A stretch of 64,000 nucleotides of DNA from Alphaproteobacteria bacterium (GCA_025210155.1 JAOASE010000002.1:2853-66852); one strand, 5' to 3'. Shown: positions 1 through 10,932, counted from the first letter of the stretch. The notes: a model not told the origin generated them from the sequence alone. Numbers and translations are program-made.

Positions 1-1
1 A

Positions 2-220
2 AGAAATAGAAGAGCTATGATTATTGCTGCTGATGCGGAAGCTCAGGCTTCGGCAAAATTATTAGAGGCTGCGAAATTATTAGAGAAGAGTCCTTTGAGT
101 ATGCAAATGAGAACGTTGCAAACTATTAAAGATATTTCTAATTCTTCATCTCAAAAGATTGTTTTATTTCCGACTGAGTTGAGTGGAATTGCGGATGCGT
201 TAAAGCCTAAGAAAAAATAA
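2..220 (+). CDS. C-terminal fragment of an SPFH/band-7 (stomatin/HflKC-like) protein; the gene continues upstream of the window
   Basis: The ORF is open to the window edge. The QAEAEAQA-like Ala/Glu-rich C-terminal stretch is typical of band-7 proteins. A GGAGCC-aaat-GGCTCC-T6 terminator follows. Confidence 0.35.
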   Translation, partial: RNRRAMIIAADAEAQASAKLLEAAKLLEKSPLSMQMRTLQTIKDISNSSSQKIVLFPTELSGIADALKPKKK

Positions 221-228
221 ATAAAAAT

Positions 229-250
229 GGAGCCAAATGGCTCCTTTTTT
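229..250 (+). terminator. intrinsic terminator
   Basis: GGAGCC aaat GGCTCC followed by TTTTTT, seen directly. Confidence 0.6.
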
Positions 251-266
251 ATAATCAGTAGTTTAA

Positions 267-1025
267 TTAATTTCCTATAATACTCGTTTCTCCCTCAAAT
301 GTTAATATATTTATATTGAGAGCAGATGCTTGGGCTTTTTGTATTCCTTTAGGGTGCACAAAATCACCACATACCTCTGTTAATGCAATTGCTTCATCCC
401 AATGTAATTTAGGAAGGTGTTTTGCATCCTTTTCTTTAGGGTCTTTATTATAGATGGCATAATCTTTAAGAAGAACAACTTCTACTATTCCATAGAATTT
501 AGATTCTTTTAAAGCTATTCCAATTTCTATGGCACTGATATCAGAGCCATCTAAAGAAATTGTTCCCCATCTACCATGTATTCGGCCAATAAAGCCAGGT
601 ATTATTGGTACATAACCACTTTCAAGCACTCTATATATATCTTGAGTGTTGACATTTAGGATTTCTAATCCATTTCCGTTCTTTTTTAGATTTACAGGAT
701 GTTGGAATTGTTGTTCATTCATTAAAGCGCTCTCTATTTCCATTGCTTTTAAATTATTATTTAAAAGATTGGCAGTAGATAACTCTCCAATTGCTAAATT
801 TTCATGATATTCGGCAGTTCCTTCTTTATGAAAGCTAGATGCAATAAGGGCTCTAGTAAATCCTTTAAGTGCAGAATTTACAATAATTACTTTATAACCT
901 TTAGAACTATAATTATTAATTATTTCATAAATTTTTGAGTGTTTCTCCTTTATTTTTTCGGAATCATATAAACTTCCGATAGAAGAGCCTCCGGCTTTGA
1001 TAATTACTACTTTTTTATTATTCAT
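267..1025 (-). CDS. hypothetical protein, 252 aa; the N-terminal VVIIKAGGSS motif is reminiscent of an amino-acid-kinase-like fold
   Basis: Long ORF with an AT-rich upstream region. Family assignment is uncertain because only a motif-level resemblance is visible. Confidence 0.35.
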   Translation of the reverse strand: MNNKKVVIIKAGGSSIGSLYDSEKIKEKHSKIYEIINNYSSKGYKVIIVNSALKGFTRALIASSFHKEGTAEYHENLAIGELSTANLLNNNLKAMEIESALMNEQQFQHPVNLKKNGNGLEILNVNTQDIYRVLESGYVPIIPGFIGRIHGRWGTISLDGSDISAIEIGIALKESKFYGIVEVVLLKDYAIYNKDPKEKDAKHLPKLHWDEAIALTEVCGDFVHPKGIQKAQASALNINILTFEGETSIIGN

Positions 1026-1121
1026 ATGTACTAGGTTTAAATTATTTAATTTGAGTCCAATATATTTAATATACTTGATAAGTCAAGGAAAATTAAATAG
1101 GGACCATGAAGGTCCCTAAAT

Positions 1122-1403
1122 TTATGCCGCTATGTTTTTAGTTTTCAGACGGCGTTTTTTGTTTATATACTTTTTCTTTTTTGGTTTGATATGTGCCGTA
1201 GCTCCAACTCTAACAGATTTGATTTTTCTGCTGCGAATTTTTTGTACATTTCTTCTGTATTGGATGATGATGTAAAGTCCATCATCTGACCATCCTAGAA
1301 AAATACCTTTTTGAGTTTTTTTGAAACCACGAACCTCAAGAAAGAGAAAATCGTTTACAGAAACATTGTTAGTTTCTAGATTTTGATTTAGTAGATAATT
1401 CAT
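1122..1403 (-). CDS. hypothetical small basic protein (93 aa, Lys/Arg-rich C-terminus)
   Basis: The ORF is followed on the minus strand by a GGGACC-ttcat-GGTCCC hairpin at about 1100-1120. No family recognised. Confidence 0.3.
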   Translation of the reverse strand: MNYLLNQNLETNNVSVNDFLFLEVRGFKKTQKGIFLGWSDDGLYIIIQYRRNVQKIRSRKIKSVRVGATAHIKPKKKKYINKKRRLKTKNIAA

Positions 1404-1523
1404 AATAGGTTTAAATTATGTTTATAAAACGTTGATGAATTATTTTTAAACATAAAATATGCAATTGCAAGTGGAAAAAATATTTTTATAAAAAAGAGGC
1501 TCTTTCGAACCTCTTAATATTTA

Positions 1524-3812
1524 TTAGAATTTGTTGTTTTTAGGGAAGCCGTAGGGAACCATTTTTCCTACCTTAGCTCTATTATTTTTCCACATTTCAA
1601 CGTCTGCTGGTTTTACGGAATATGTTTTGCTGCCGCTTGCCCATGAGAAACCTTCAAGTGATTTGAATGAGATTACATCGCTAAGATGAGTTTTCTTTTC
1701 TTTATACTTTTGAAGGATTACACCTTTACCTTTTCCAAGTGTTGGTAATTCATTAATATCGAATATTAACAACATTCTATTATTACCTGTTATGGCGATA
1801 AGGTCATCATCTTTTTCTATGATTTTAGCAACTACAGGAGTATCTCCAGTTTTTAATCCCATAACAGTTTTACCGTTTTTAGTTGAGGCAATAGTTTCTG
1901 CTATTGGGGTTTTGAAACCGTTTCCACTTTTTGAAGCTAGAAGGATTTCTTTTTCTTCATCTGTCTTGTCGTTGTAATCGAAGATTTGAACTATTTTTGC
2001 AGTCTTTAATTCTATCATTAGGTTGATAGGTTCGCCGAAACCTCTTCCTCTTGGAAGTTTTGCAGGGTCGATTGTATAGAACCTTCCATTGTCAGCAAAT
2101 ATTAATAGTTTATGTGCTGAATTGGAGTGTATTGCAAAGCCAAGTTTGTCACCGTCTTTGAATGCGAAATCTTGAGTTAGGTCTACATGTCCTTTAAGGG
2201 CTTTGATCCAACCTTTTTCAGAAATGATTATTGAAAGAGGTTCTCTAACTACGAAGTCAGCTTCGTTGTAAGATAGAGTTTCAGCTTCGTTATCAATTTT
2301 AGTTTTTCTTTTACCAACTTTAGTTTTCTTACCGAATTTAACTTTAGTTTCTTCTATGTCAGTTGCAACTGTTTGAAGTTGTAATTCTTCTGAATCTAAG
2401 ATTTCTTTAAGGTGATCTCTTTCAGCTTCTAACATTTTTTTATTTTCTAGAATTTCGTTTTCTTCAAGTTTTCTTAACTGTCTTAATTTCATGTTTAAGA
2501 TAGCTTCTGCTTGAACGTCGCTTAGACTAAATCTATCCATTAATAATGGTTTTGGTTCATCATTGTTTCTGATGATGTTGATGATTTCGTCTAGGTTTAA
2601 GTACGCGATTAATAAACCGTTTAAGATTTCTAATCTGTGCTCAATTTTATCTAGCTTATATTTACTACGACGAACTAGAACTACTTGTTGATGATCGATA
2701 AATTCTTGTAGGAATTCTCTTAGAGGCATAACTCTTGGAACACCTTTTGAATCTAGTGCGTTCATGTTGTAGTTGAATTTGATTTCAAAGTCAGTGTTTT
2801 GTAATAGTTGAGCCATAAGTTTTTCAGCTTCGATGATTCTGCTCTTTGGTTCGATTATGATACGAACGTTTTCGTCAGATTCGTCTCTGATGTCAGCAAC
2901 TGTGTTTAGTTTTCCGTTGTTGATAAGCTCAGCTGTTTTTTCTATTAAACGAGATTTTTGAACTTGGTATGGGATTTCAGTGATAGCTATTTGATAAGCG
3001 CCTCTACCTAGTTCTTCTTTTTCCCATTTACATCTTAATTTAATAGCGCCTTTACCTTCTTCGTAAATTCTTGAAATAGTGTCGTGGTTTTCGCAAACTA
3101 TTCCGCCAGTTGGGAAGTCAGGTCCTTTGATGTATTTTGTTAATTGTTTTGTTGTAGCTTCTTTATGTTTGATTAGGTAAAGTAAAGCTGCACAAACTTC
3201 GTCTACGTTGTGAGGAGGGATATTTGTTGCCATACCTACGGCGATTCCCATTGCTCCGTTTGCTAGAAGGTTAGGGAAGCAACCTGGCATAACTGAAGGC
3301 TCGTTGTGTTCGCCATCGTAAGTTGGTACGAAATCAACTGCGTCTTCGTCTAGACCTTCCATAAGTTTGATTGCAATTTCTGTTAGACGGGCTTCTGTAT
3401 ATCTCATTGCCGCTGGGCTATCACCGTCTACGTTACCGAAGTTTCCTTGACCATCTACTAGTGGAAAACGTACTGAGAAGTCTTGTGCTAAACGAACCAT
3501 AGAGTCATATACTGCTGTGTCACCGTGTGGGTGATATTTACCGATTACGTCGCCGACGACTCTGGCAGATTTTTTAAAGCCGGATTGAGGTGCAAGTCTT
3601 AATGCACGCATTGCGAATAGTAGTCGTCTATGTACTGGTTTAAGACCGTCTCTCACGTCCGGTAGGGAACGAGATACGATTGTAGACATAGCGTACTCTA
3701 AGTATTTTTCCGATAGGGCTTCAGCCAGTTGGATTGTTTTTATTTCATTTATCATTCTTTTAAACTTCCTTTTTCTGTTTCTGATTTTAGAACTTAGAAC
3801 AGAAAAAATCAA
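1524..3812 (-). CDS. parC: type IIA topoisomerase subunit A, most likely topoisomerase IV subunit A (ParC). GyrA is not excluded.
   Basis: Catalytic-region motifs [16 protein letters not shown] and YHPHGD are present. The 762 aa length fits ParC better than alphaproteobacterial GyrA. A minus-strand terminator hairpin plus T-tract lies at 1494-1522. The true start may be the internal Met near 3755. Confidence 0.8.
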   Translation of the reverse strand: MIFSVLSSKIRNRKRKFKRMINEIKTIQLAEALSEKYLEYAMSTIVSRSLPDVRDGLKPVHRRLLFAMRALRLAPQSGFKKSARVVGDVIGKYHPHGDTAVYDSMVRLAQDFSVRFPLVDGQGNFGNVDGDSPAAMRYTEARLTEIAIKLMEGLDEDAVDFVPTYDGEHNEPSVMPGCFPNLLANGAMGIAVGMATNIPPHNVDEVCAALLYLIKHKEATTKQLTKYIKGPDFPTGGIVCENHDTISRIYEEGKGAIKLRCKWEKEELGRGAYQIAITEIPYQVQKSRLIEKTAELINNGKLNTVADIRDESDENVRIIIEPKSRIIEAEKLMAQLLQNTDFEIKFNYNMNALDSKGVPRVMPLREFLQEFIDHQQVVLVRRSKYKLDKIEHRLEILNGLLIAYLNLDEIINIIRNNDEPKPLLMDRFSLSDVQAEAILNMKLRQLRKLEENEILENKKMLEAERDHLKEILDSEELQLQTVATDIEETKVKFGKKTKVGKRKTKIDNEAETLSYNEADFVVREPLSIIISEKGWIKALKGHVDLTQDFAFKDGDKLGFAIHSNSAHKLLIFADNGRFYTIDPAKLPRGRGFGEPINLMIELKTAKIVQIFDYNDKTDEEKEILLASKSGNGFKTPIAETIASTKNGKTVMGLKTGDTPVVAKIIEKDDDLIAITGNNRMLLIFDINELPTLGKGKGVILQKYKEKKTHLSDVISFKSLEGFSWASGSKTYSVKPADVEMWKNNRAKVGKMVPYGFPKNNKF

Positions 3813-4033
3813 GTTTATTTTTCCTGTGTCTTTTAACCCAATTTAAGCCAAAGTATCGATTCTTAATTTTCAGTCATGTATTATTTATACACTCCTAAAA
3901 ATTAAAATCTACTTTGACTTTCTTGAATTAAAATACTTTGGAAAAAATTTCTTATGAGAATTTGTTCTTGTTGATTTATTTTAATATAGTTGTTATCAAT
4001 TAATTTTTAAATTTATAGTAATGGAGGTTATGA

Positions 4034-5443
4034 ATGGATAATTTTAAATTAATAAAAGATATTGAAAGTAATTCTTATGATTATAAAGATACTTTAAAAG
4101 TTTCACCTATAGTTGTTAAAATTGCTGAAATAATTAAAAACTCTGAGAATGGAGATGTATTTGGTATAAATGCAGATTTTGGTGTTGGTAAAACAGTGTT
4201 TTGTCATAGGTTAAAGAAGTATTTAGAAAGTGATTTTGATAATATTATATATTTAGATATCTGGAAAGATGATCTTTCTGATAATCCTTTAATGCCAATA
4301 ATATATTCTATTACTAATGAACTTAGCACTAAAAATGATATAGTAAATAAAAAGTTAAAATCTATAGGGTGTGCTTTAGCTAAAACTGCTTTAAAAGCTG
4401 GTATTGGATATATAGAACAACAAGCTAATTTAAAAATAAAAGATACTTTTGATAAGGAATTTAATATAGATGGAGGAATTGATTCAATTATAAAAAGTTT
4501 GGAAAATGATGATGAATTTAAAAAATCTGAATACTTTAGAAATAAAAAGTTAAAAGATGAATTTAAAAAGACTTTGAGTGATTTTTTGAAAGACAAAAGT
4601 ATTTTACTTATTGTTGATGAGTTAGACAGATGTAGACCTGATTTTGCAGTTCATACTTTAGAAATTATAAAGCATTTTTTTGATGTTAATAATTTAAAAT
4701 TTGTCATATCTTCAAATAAAAATCAGTTACAAAGTGCTGTTAAATGTATTTATGGAGTAGAAGATTTTGATGGATATTATAGAAGGTTTGTTGATATAAA
4801 TTTCAATTTACCAAAAGTGGATTTTCAAAATTATTCAAATTATCTTTTTAATGATATCGGTTTAAAGTATGATAAGAAAAGAGTTTTAACTTTTTCTTTT
4901 AAGGATCAATTTAATTTAAAAAATATTGATGATGTTTTATCGGATACATTTTCTTATTATTCAAATTTATTTAATTTTTCTGCTAGAATGCAAAAACAAA
5001 TTTTTAATAAATTACAAAGTTTTGTTAATTCAGATAGTGAATTTGTTTTTATTCCTGAAATACATTTGGTATTATTATTAATATATGAATATAATTTGCA
5101 AATGTTTTTGGATTTAAAAGAAGATCCATCTCTTATTAATAGGCTTTTAGATAGTAAGATATCTGAAAGGTATGGTTATTGGAGAAATGGACTTTCAACT
5201 ATAGAGAGAAAAAATATTATTTATCTGTTTCAGTTTAGAGAATTAAGGAAAAATTTATCGGAATGGTATTTAATTAGTAACTTGATTAAACCTGTCGATT
5301 CTAAATCTGCTTTAACAAATATAAATTTATATCAGAATATTTTTTCAGATAAAAATATAAATTATTCAGATGATAAATTTTTTGAAATTTTAAGAAATAG
5401 TTTTGACTCTATAGAGTTTATAGAAAAAGTATTGGAAAATTAA
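4034..5443 (+). CDS. KAP-family P-loop NTPase
   Basis: Walker A FGVGKT and the KAP-signature Walker B LLIVDELDRCRPD are both present. 469 aa. The upstream intergenic region is AT-rich, and a terminator follows at 5474-5498. Confidence 0.7.
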   Translation: MDNFKLIKDIESNSYDYKDTLKVSPIVVKIAEIIKNSENGDVFGINADFGVGKTVFCHRLKKYLESDFDNIIYLDIWKDDLSDNPLMPIIYSITNELSTKNDIVNKKLKSIGCALAKTALKAGIGYIEQQANLKIKDTFDKEFNIDGGIDSIIKSLENDDEFKKSEYFRNKKLKDEFKKTLSDFLKDKSILLIVDELDRCRPDFAVHTLEIIKHFFDVNNLKFVISSNKNQLQSAVKCIYGVEDFDGYYRRFVDINFNLPKVDFQNYSNYLFNDIGLKYDKKRVLTFSFKDQFNLKNIDDVLSDTFSYYSNLFNFSARMQKQIFNKLQSFVNSDSEFVFIPEIHLVLLLIYEYNLQMFLDLKEDPSLINRLLDSKISERYGYWRNGLSTIERKNIIYLFQFRELRKNLSEWYLISNLIKPVDSKSALTNINLYQNIFSDKNINYSDDKFFEILRNSFDSIEFIEKVLEN

Positions 5444-5473
5444 AAATTTAAAAAAATAATTCTTGATTAAATG

Positions 5474-5498
5474 GTGTGCCGATGGTACACTATTTTTA
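5474..5498 (+). terminator. intrinsic terminator after the KAP NTPase
   Basis: GTGTGCC gat GGTACAC followed by a T-rich run. Confidence 0.45.
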
Positions 5499-5499
5499 T

Positions 5500-5712
5500 A
5501 TCGGGTGATTATCTGATTGGGGCTTCAAAACCTCTCGTAAAGCGGTCTGCTAGCAGAACCTGAAAAGGTCAGATCGAAAACAAAAAACTGCCTTCTTTGT
5601 CTTTAGGGACTGGGAGGCAGGGTTATGTCCAGGCTTCGGCTAAAAGCCCGCGCTGTCTTTACGCAGTTTTGAACTCCCAGTCCGTTTGTTTTTACTCTCG
5701 GGCTTTTTTATT
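5500..5712 (+). ncRNA. candidate structured RNA, either an sRNA or a cis-regulatory leader; class unknown
   Basis: A GC-rich island sits in AT-rich intergenic DNA. A 10-bp long-range helix pairs GGACTGGGAG (about 5608) with CTCCCAGTCC (about 5677). There is a cUUCGg tetraloop (GGCTTCGGCT). It ends in a GC stem plus T6 run at about 5697-5710, and a short ORF with an SD follows immediately. No long ORF gives a sensible protein. Confidence 0.3.
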
Positions 5713-5728
5713 TTATTGGAGTTTTTTT

Positions 5729-5890
5729 ATGAGAATGATTTTAGTTTGGTTTTTAGTTATACTTTTGGTGATATTTTATCCTATTTATGATTTTCTTCGA
5801 GCTCTAATTCGTTGGGATTGGGCATCTCTAAAGGATAATGATGAGGAGTGGTTTTTTTGTGAAGAAGATCACTGTGATGATGGGGATTAA
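5729..5890 (+). CDS. possible small membrane protein (53 aa, one TM helix, acidic Cys/His-rich tail)
   Basis: ATG lies 9 nt after GGAG. The hydrophobic core is LVWFLVILLVIFYPIY. It sits directly downstream of the candidate RNA and terminator. Speculative. Confidence 0.2.
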   Translation: MRMILVWFLVILLVIFYPIYDFLRALIRWDWASLKDNDEEWFFCEEDHCDDGD

Positions 5891-5936
5891 ATAAAGGCCT
5901 CTATAATTAGAAGCCTTGGGTTTTTAAATTTTTTTA

Positions 5937-6332
5937 TTATACGGCTGTCGCCACGGGTCTGCACACTTGTAGTTCGTCACCGGGTATAAAAGGAACCCAG
6001 CATCTATTGTATGTTTTTACAATAGTGTCTACATTGAAAGTGTCTAATACTTCTTTGGCAATCATGATGTCTTTTTCATCGTGTATGTTAGATGAAAGAG
6101 TGTCTTTTGAAAAGACATCGAGTTCGTTGCTTACCAGAAAAGTTTTGCTGCTAACGTTTTCTCTTTTGCCTTCGGGAGACTCAGCGTTGAATGCGTAGAA
6201 GCCATAAGCTTTGTTTGATAAAGCTATTTGAATGATAGATTCTAGAACAGTGTCTTGTTCTATCTTTTCGATGGTTTCATGATTTTGCTTACATGAGCAT
6301 GAACATTTTAATAATACAAGGTAGAGATTCAT
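5937..6332 (-). CDS. hypothetical protein (131 aa), paralog of the 8223..8630 product
   Basis: Shares the motifs IIQ-A-xN-A-GF..F.A..P, SKT-FLV and VKxYN..W..FI with the other paralog. Confidence 0.4.
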   Translation of the reverse strand: MNLYLVLLKCSCSCKQNHETIEKIEQDTVLESIIQIALSNKAYGFYAFNAESPEGKRENVSSKTFLVSNELDVFSKDTLSSNIHDEKDIMIAKEVLDTFNVDTIVKTYNRCWVPFIPGDELQVCRPVATAV

Positions 6333-6527
6333 AAACTTTGATTTAATTAGGTTTAACTTATTTATCTAATTTAAGTTAAGGGAATTGTTTGGTCATGTCA
6401 AGGGAAAATGAAATTTTAAGTTGTGAAAATATGGCTAATTATTTTTGTGAATTAGCTTGATAAGAAGGGATTGCTATATTATAATAATATGACTATTTAA
6501 GATGAGAATTTTTAGGAGGAATTTTAA

Positions 6528-7361
6528 ATGAAAAAGTGTTTTCATTCTAGGCATAAAAATAATTTTGGTGATGTGTTAAACAAGCACATGTTTGATGCTC
6601 TTTTTGATGATTGGAAAAGGGTGAAACCATGGAAGGCTAATTACTTTATGATAGGTAGTATTATTGATAAAGTTTTGCAGGATGGGACTAAATTTCATTT
6701 TAAAAATTTGTTTAAGAAAAAAGATGATTTGACGTTGCTTGGAACTGGGTTTATTCAGCCATCTCCTTTTAAAAAAGATTTGATTCATAAAAATATTATA
6801 CCTGTGGCTGTTAGAGGTGAAACTACTAAGGCTAGACTTGAAAGTATGGGCGTTGATTGTAGTGAAACTGTTCTTGGTGACTGGGGTTTGATAGCTGATA
6901 AGTTTGTGGATTTTGAAAAGAAAGAAAAGAAATATGATGTTGGAATTATTCCTCATTATGTGGATAAGGAGCATCCTACTTTAAAACGATTCGACGGGGA
7001 TAATAGGGTGAAAATCCTTGATATTAGCCGAAATCCTAAAGATTTTATAGAGGGCGTTTGTGAGTGTGAAACGGTGTTGTCTAGTGCTATGCATGGTTTG
7101 ATTATTGCAGATGCATTGAAGATTCCTAATCTCGCCTTGAGACTTTCTGATTTGGTTGTTGGTGGTGAGTATAAATTTAATGATTATTATTCTGTTTTTG
7201 GAAAAAAGGTTAAGTTTTTATATCCAAAAGATTTAGATGAAATTGATGATTTGAAAAAATATATTAGTGAGAATTATGAGCTTTCTAATGATGAAATTGA
7301 TAGGGTTAAAAAGAATATTTATGATTGCTTTTTGAAGGTTAAAAAAGTTAATAAAAAATAG
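6528..7361 (+). CDS. polysaccharide pyruvyl transferase family protein (putative)
   Basis: The N-terminal NNFGDVL motif, VRGETTKARLESMGV and SSAMHGLIIADALKIP match family hallmarks as I recall them. Confidence 0.4.
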   Translation: MKKCFHSRHKNNFGDVLNKHMFDALFDDWKRVKPWKANYFMIGSIIDKVLQDGTKFHFKNLFKKKDDLTLLGTGFIQPSPFKKDLIHKNIIPVAVRGETTKARLESMGVDCSETVLGDWGLIADKFVDFEKKEKKYDVGIIPHYVDKEHPTLKRFDGDNRVKILDISRNPKDFIEGVCECETVLSSAMHGLIIADALKIPNLALRLSDLVVGGEYKFNDYYSVFGKKVKFLYPKDLDEIDDLKKYISENYELSNDEIDRVKKNIYDCFLKVKKVNKK

Positions 7362-7373
7362 GTGGGTTTCAGT

Positions 7374-8156
7374 ATGACTAAAAAGAAGAAAATTATATTG
7401 TCGTTGACTAGTTATGGGAAGCGAGTTGATACAGTTTATTTGACTATTCAGACTTTGTTGAAGCAGACAAAAAAAGCTGACAAAATCGTTCTTTGGTTGG
7501 CTGAAGATGAGTTCAGTTTGGAGACTATTCCTGCGAGTTTAAAATCGCTTGTTGATGAAGGTAAGTTGGAAGTTGGTTTTTGTAAGGATATAAGGTCGTA
7601 TAAAAAGTTAGTTCCTAGTTTGAAGAAATATCCGAATGATATAATAATCACTTTTGATGATGATATTTTTTATAAAAATGATATCGTTGAAAAATTATAT
7701 AATGCTTATTTAAAAGAACCGGAGTTGTTACATTGTATGAGAGGTCGTATGATGAAATATAATTCTAAGGGAGAATTGTTGTCTTATAAAAAGTGGAGGA
7801 AATTTCCTTTATACTTTAAAGCGGATATAAATATCCTTCCTACTACTGGTGGTGGAACATTATTTGTTAAAGAGTATTTTGATGAAGATGTATTTAGAGA
7901 TGATGTTTTTATGAAATTGGCTCCTCATGCAGACGATGTTTGGTTTAAAGCTATGACTATGAAGAATGGTGTGAAGTGTAAGCTTATTAAGAGAAGGTTT
8001 TGGCATTCTACTAAGTTGGATAATATTGATGGAACACAAGAAGGTGGTTTATGGGAATTAAATAGAAATATTTATGAGGGGAATAATCCGCAGATAAAAG
8101 CTGTTTTTGAAAAGTATGGAATTTGTAAGATGGTAGATATTCCTAAAAAGAAATAA
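7374..8156 (+). CDS. putative glycosyltransferase (capsule/LOS-type), 261 aa
   Basis: N-terminal LTSYGKR, then DDD and acidic motifs. It overlaps the upstream gene's stop, so the two are probably co-transcribed. A terminator lies at 8164-8190. Confidence 0.35.
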   Translation: MTKKKKIILSLTSYGKRVDTVYLTIQTLLKQTKKADKIVLWLAEDEFSLETIPASLKSLVDEGKLEVGFCKDIRSYKKLVPSLKKYPNDIIITFDDDIFYKNDIVEKLYNAYLKEPELLHCMRGRMMKYNSKGELLSYKKWRKFPLYFKADINILPTTGGGTLFVKEYFDEDVFRDDVFMKLAPHADDVWFKAMTMKNGVKCKLIKRRFWHSTKLDNIDGTQEGGLWELNRNIYEGNNPQIKAVFEKYGICKMVDIPKKK

Positions 8157-8163
8157 AAATAAA

Positions 8164-8190
8164 AGCCTCATAAGTTGGAGGCTTTTTTTG
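8164..8190 (+). terminator. intrinsic terminator; bidirectional context
   Basis: AGCCTC ataagttgg GAGGCT followed by T7. Confidence 0.55.
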
Positions 8191-8222
8191 AAAAAATAAA
8201 TTGTTTAATTTTGGCAGTTTAC

Positions 8223-8630
8223 TTACTGTTCTTTAATCTCCATCAATTGGTCGTTATCTTTTATGAAGTTGGTCCAGAAGCCGTTGTAGCATTTTACAAC
8301 ATATTCCATATTTTCCATTTCTTTCATTAGGTTTATTAGACCGGTGATAGTGTCTTTTTCGATCTTGGACTTAAACTCAGTGATTTTTTCTAGTTTTTTA
8401 AGGGTGAAAAGTTCACATTCATTTTCTTTAACAAGGAAGATTGTTTTTGATTTATTTTCTTGTGTGCTATTTGGGCCATTTGCTTCAAATGTTTTAAATC
8501 CAAAGGCATTATTTTTAATGGCTTTTTGGATGATCTCATCCATATATAAATTGTCACTAATTTCTTCTGTTTCATAATAGATGGGTGAAACTGAAGGAAC
8601 AAAAATAAAGTACTCTACGTATTTTTTCAT
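8223..8630 (-). CDS. hypothetical protein (135 aa), paralog of the 5937..6332 product
   Basis: See the paralog motifs listed under 5937..6332. Confidence 0.4.
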   Translation of the reverse strand: MKKYVEYFIFVPSVSPIYYETEEISDNLYMDEIIQKAIKNNAFGFKTFEANGPNSTQENKSKTIFLVKENECELFTLKKLEKITEFKSKIEKDTITGLINLMKEMENMEYVVKCYNGFWTNFIKDNDQLMEIKEQ

Positions 8631-8748
8631 TTCTTTTTTATTTAAAGGTTACTTAGTCTTTAAGATATATTATGTTTGATTTTTATCAAGCTAAAAATTT
8701 TTCAAATGAGTTTGTATAAAAAAGCCTCCCAGATGGGAGGTTTATTTT

Positions 8749-9666
8749 TTAATATGATCCACTTAAGATTGGTGGGATGATTTGTTTTTTTCTACTCATT
8801 ACACCAGGAAGCCATTTTGATACATTGTTTTCAATCTTAGTATCGAAGGCTTTATCTATACGGAACATGTCATTAGATACTACTAGCAAGTAACTGCTTT
8901 GCTTTATGATATCTGTGATTATCATTATAACAGTTTCGTATCCGTCATCATTTTTAATTCGGTTCATTTCAGAAATGATTTCTTCTTGTTTAGAAGGGGA
9001 AATGTGATCAGCATCGATAAGTTCTATTTGTCCTATGCCGAACATATTTTGACCAACAGCAACGTTTTTGAAGTCTCTTCTGATTAATCTTTCTGCAGGA
9101 AGATTAACGTCAGATTTAACTTTGAACATTTCCATACCAACTTCTTCTACGTTTATTTGAGCGATTTTGTTTAGTTCTTCTACTGCAATCTTGTCTGCTT
9201 CAGTAGTTGTAGGAGATTTGAACATAACTGTATCGTTTAATATTGTAGCAATAAGGGCTCCGGCTATGTTTTTAGGAATTTCAAGATTGTGATGATTATA
9301 TAATTCTTGTATGATTGTTCCACAACATCCAACAGGTCTGATCCACATTTCTAAAGGAGCAGAAGTTCTAAGGCTTCCTAAGTTATGGTGGTCTAATACG
9401 AAAACAACTTTTGCTTCTTCAATATCTTGAGGAAGTTGTTCGTTTGTTGTAGTGTCTACAAGGGCTACTTTTTCGCCTTTAACTTCTTCTATTAATTCTG
9501 GAGCTTCAAGAGAGAATTTTTCTAATATCCATGTACTATCGTTTGTTAAGTCTCCTTGAGTGCAAGCAGTTGAAGCTCTACCTGTTTTGTTTAGCACATC
9601 TGAAACTGCTATTGATGATATAGTGCTATCTGCATCTGGGTTTTTGTGGCCGAATACTTTTATCAC
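8749..9666 (-). CDS. ppaC: manganese-dependent inorganic pyrophosphatase, family II (DHH/DHHA2)
   Basis: N-terminal FGHKNPDADS (DHH motif I). The 305 aa length fits. A minus-strand terminator CCTCCC atct GGGAGG plus T-tract lies at about 8720-8748. Confidence 0.75.
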   Translation of the reverse strand: MIKVFGHKNPDADSTISSIAVSDVLNKTGRASTACTQGDLTNDSTWILEKFSLEAPELIEEVKGEKVALVDTTTNEQLPQDIEEAKVVFVLDHHNLGSLRTSAPLEMWIRPVGCCGTIIQELYNHHNLEIPKNIAGALIATILNDTVMFKSPTTTEADKIAVEELNKIAQINVEEVGMEMFKVKSDVNLPAERLIRRDFKNVAVGQNMFGIGQIELIDADHISPSKQEEIISEMNRIKNDDGYETVIMIITDIIKQSSYLLVVSNDMFRIDKAFDTKIENNVSKWLPGVMSRKKQIIPPILSGSY

Positions 9667-9843
9667 TTTTTAACCTTTCTAAATTTTTTCTCTGATTTAG
9701 GTCCATAATCCTAATAATTTGGAATTGTAGTTTAATATGACTGATTCTAAATTGCAAGCGAGAATTTAAAAGGGATAGGTAAAAATTTGTTTCAACTATT
9801 TCTGGTTTTTGTTAGATTTTTTCTTATATTCTTTTTCTATTGA

Positions 9844-10890
<1,047 letters not shown>

Positions 10891-10901
10891 TAAAATTAAA
10901 A

Positions 10902-10932
10902 TTCCTCCTAAAAATTTGGGAGGAATTTTTAT
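10902..10932 (+). terminator. intrinsic terminator after obg
   Basis: TTCCTCC loop GGAGGAA followed by T5. Confidence 0.55.

Noticed and set aside
1792-1977. 61-aa plus-strand ORF inside parC
   Set aside because: Lies antisense within a strongly conserved coding region. No SD and hydrophobic low-complexity translation. It is a spurious shadow ORF.
4204-4596. 130-aa minus-strand ORF inside the KAP NTPase gene
   Set aside because: Antisense shadow ORF in AT-rich coding sequence, with a Phe/Leu/Ser-rich translation typical of the reverse frame.
5597-5728. The 5' part of the 97-aa ORF 5597..5890
   Set aside because: It overlaps the GC-rich structured element and its terminator. Only the segment after the terminator (from the ATG at 5729) has an SD and looks protein-like.
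6576-6974. 132-aa minus-strand ORF inside the pyruvyl-transferase gene
   Set aside because: Antisense shadow ORF with a low-complexity translation.
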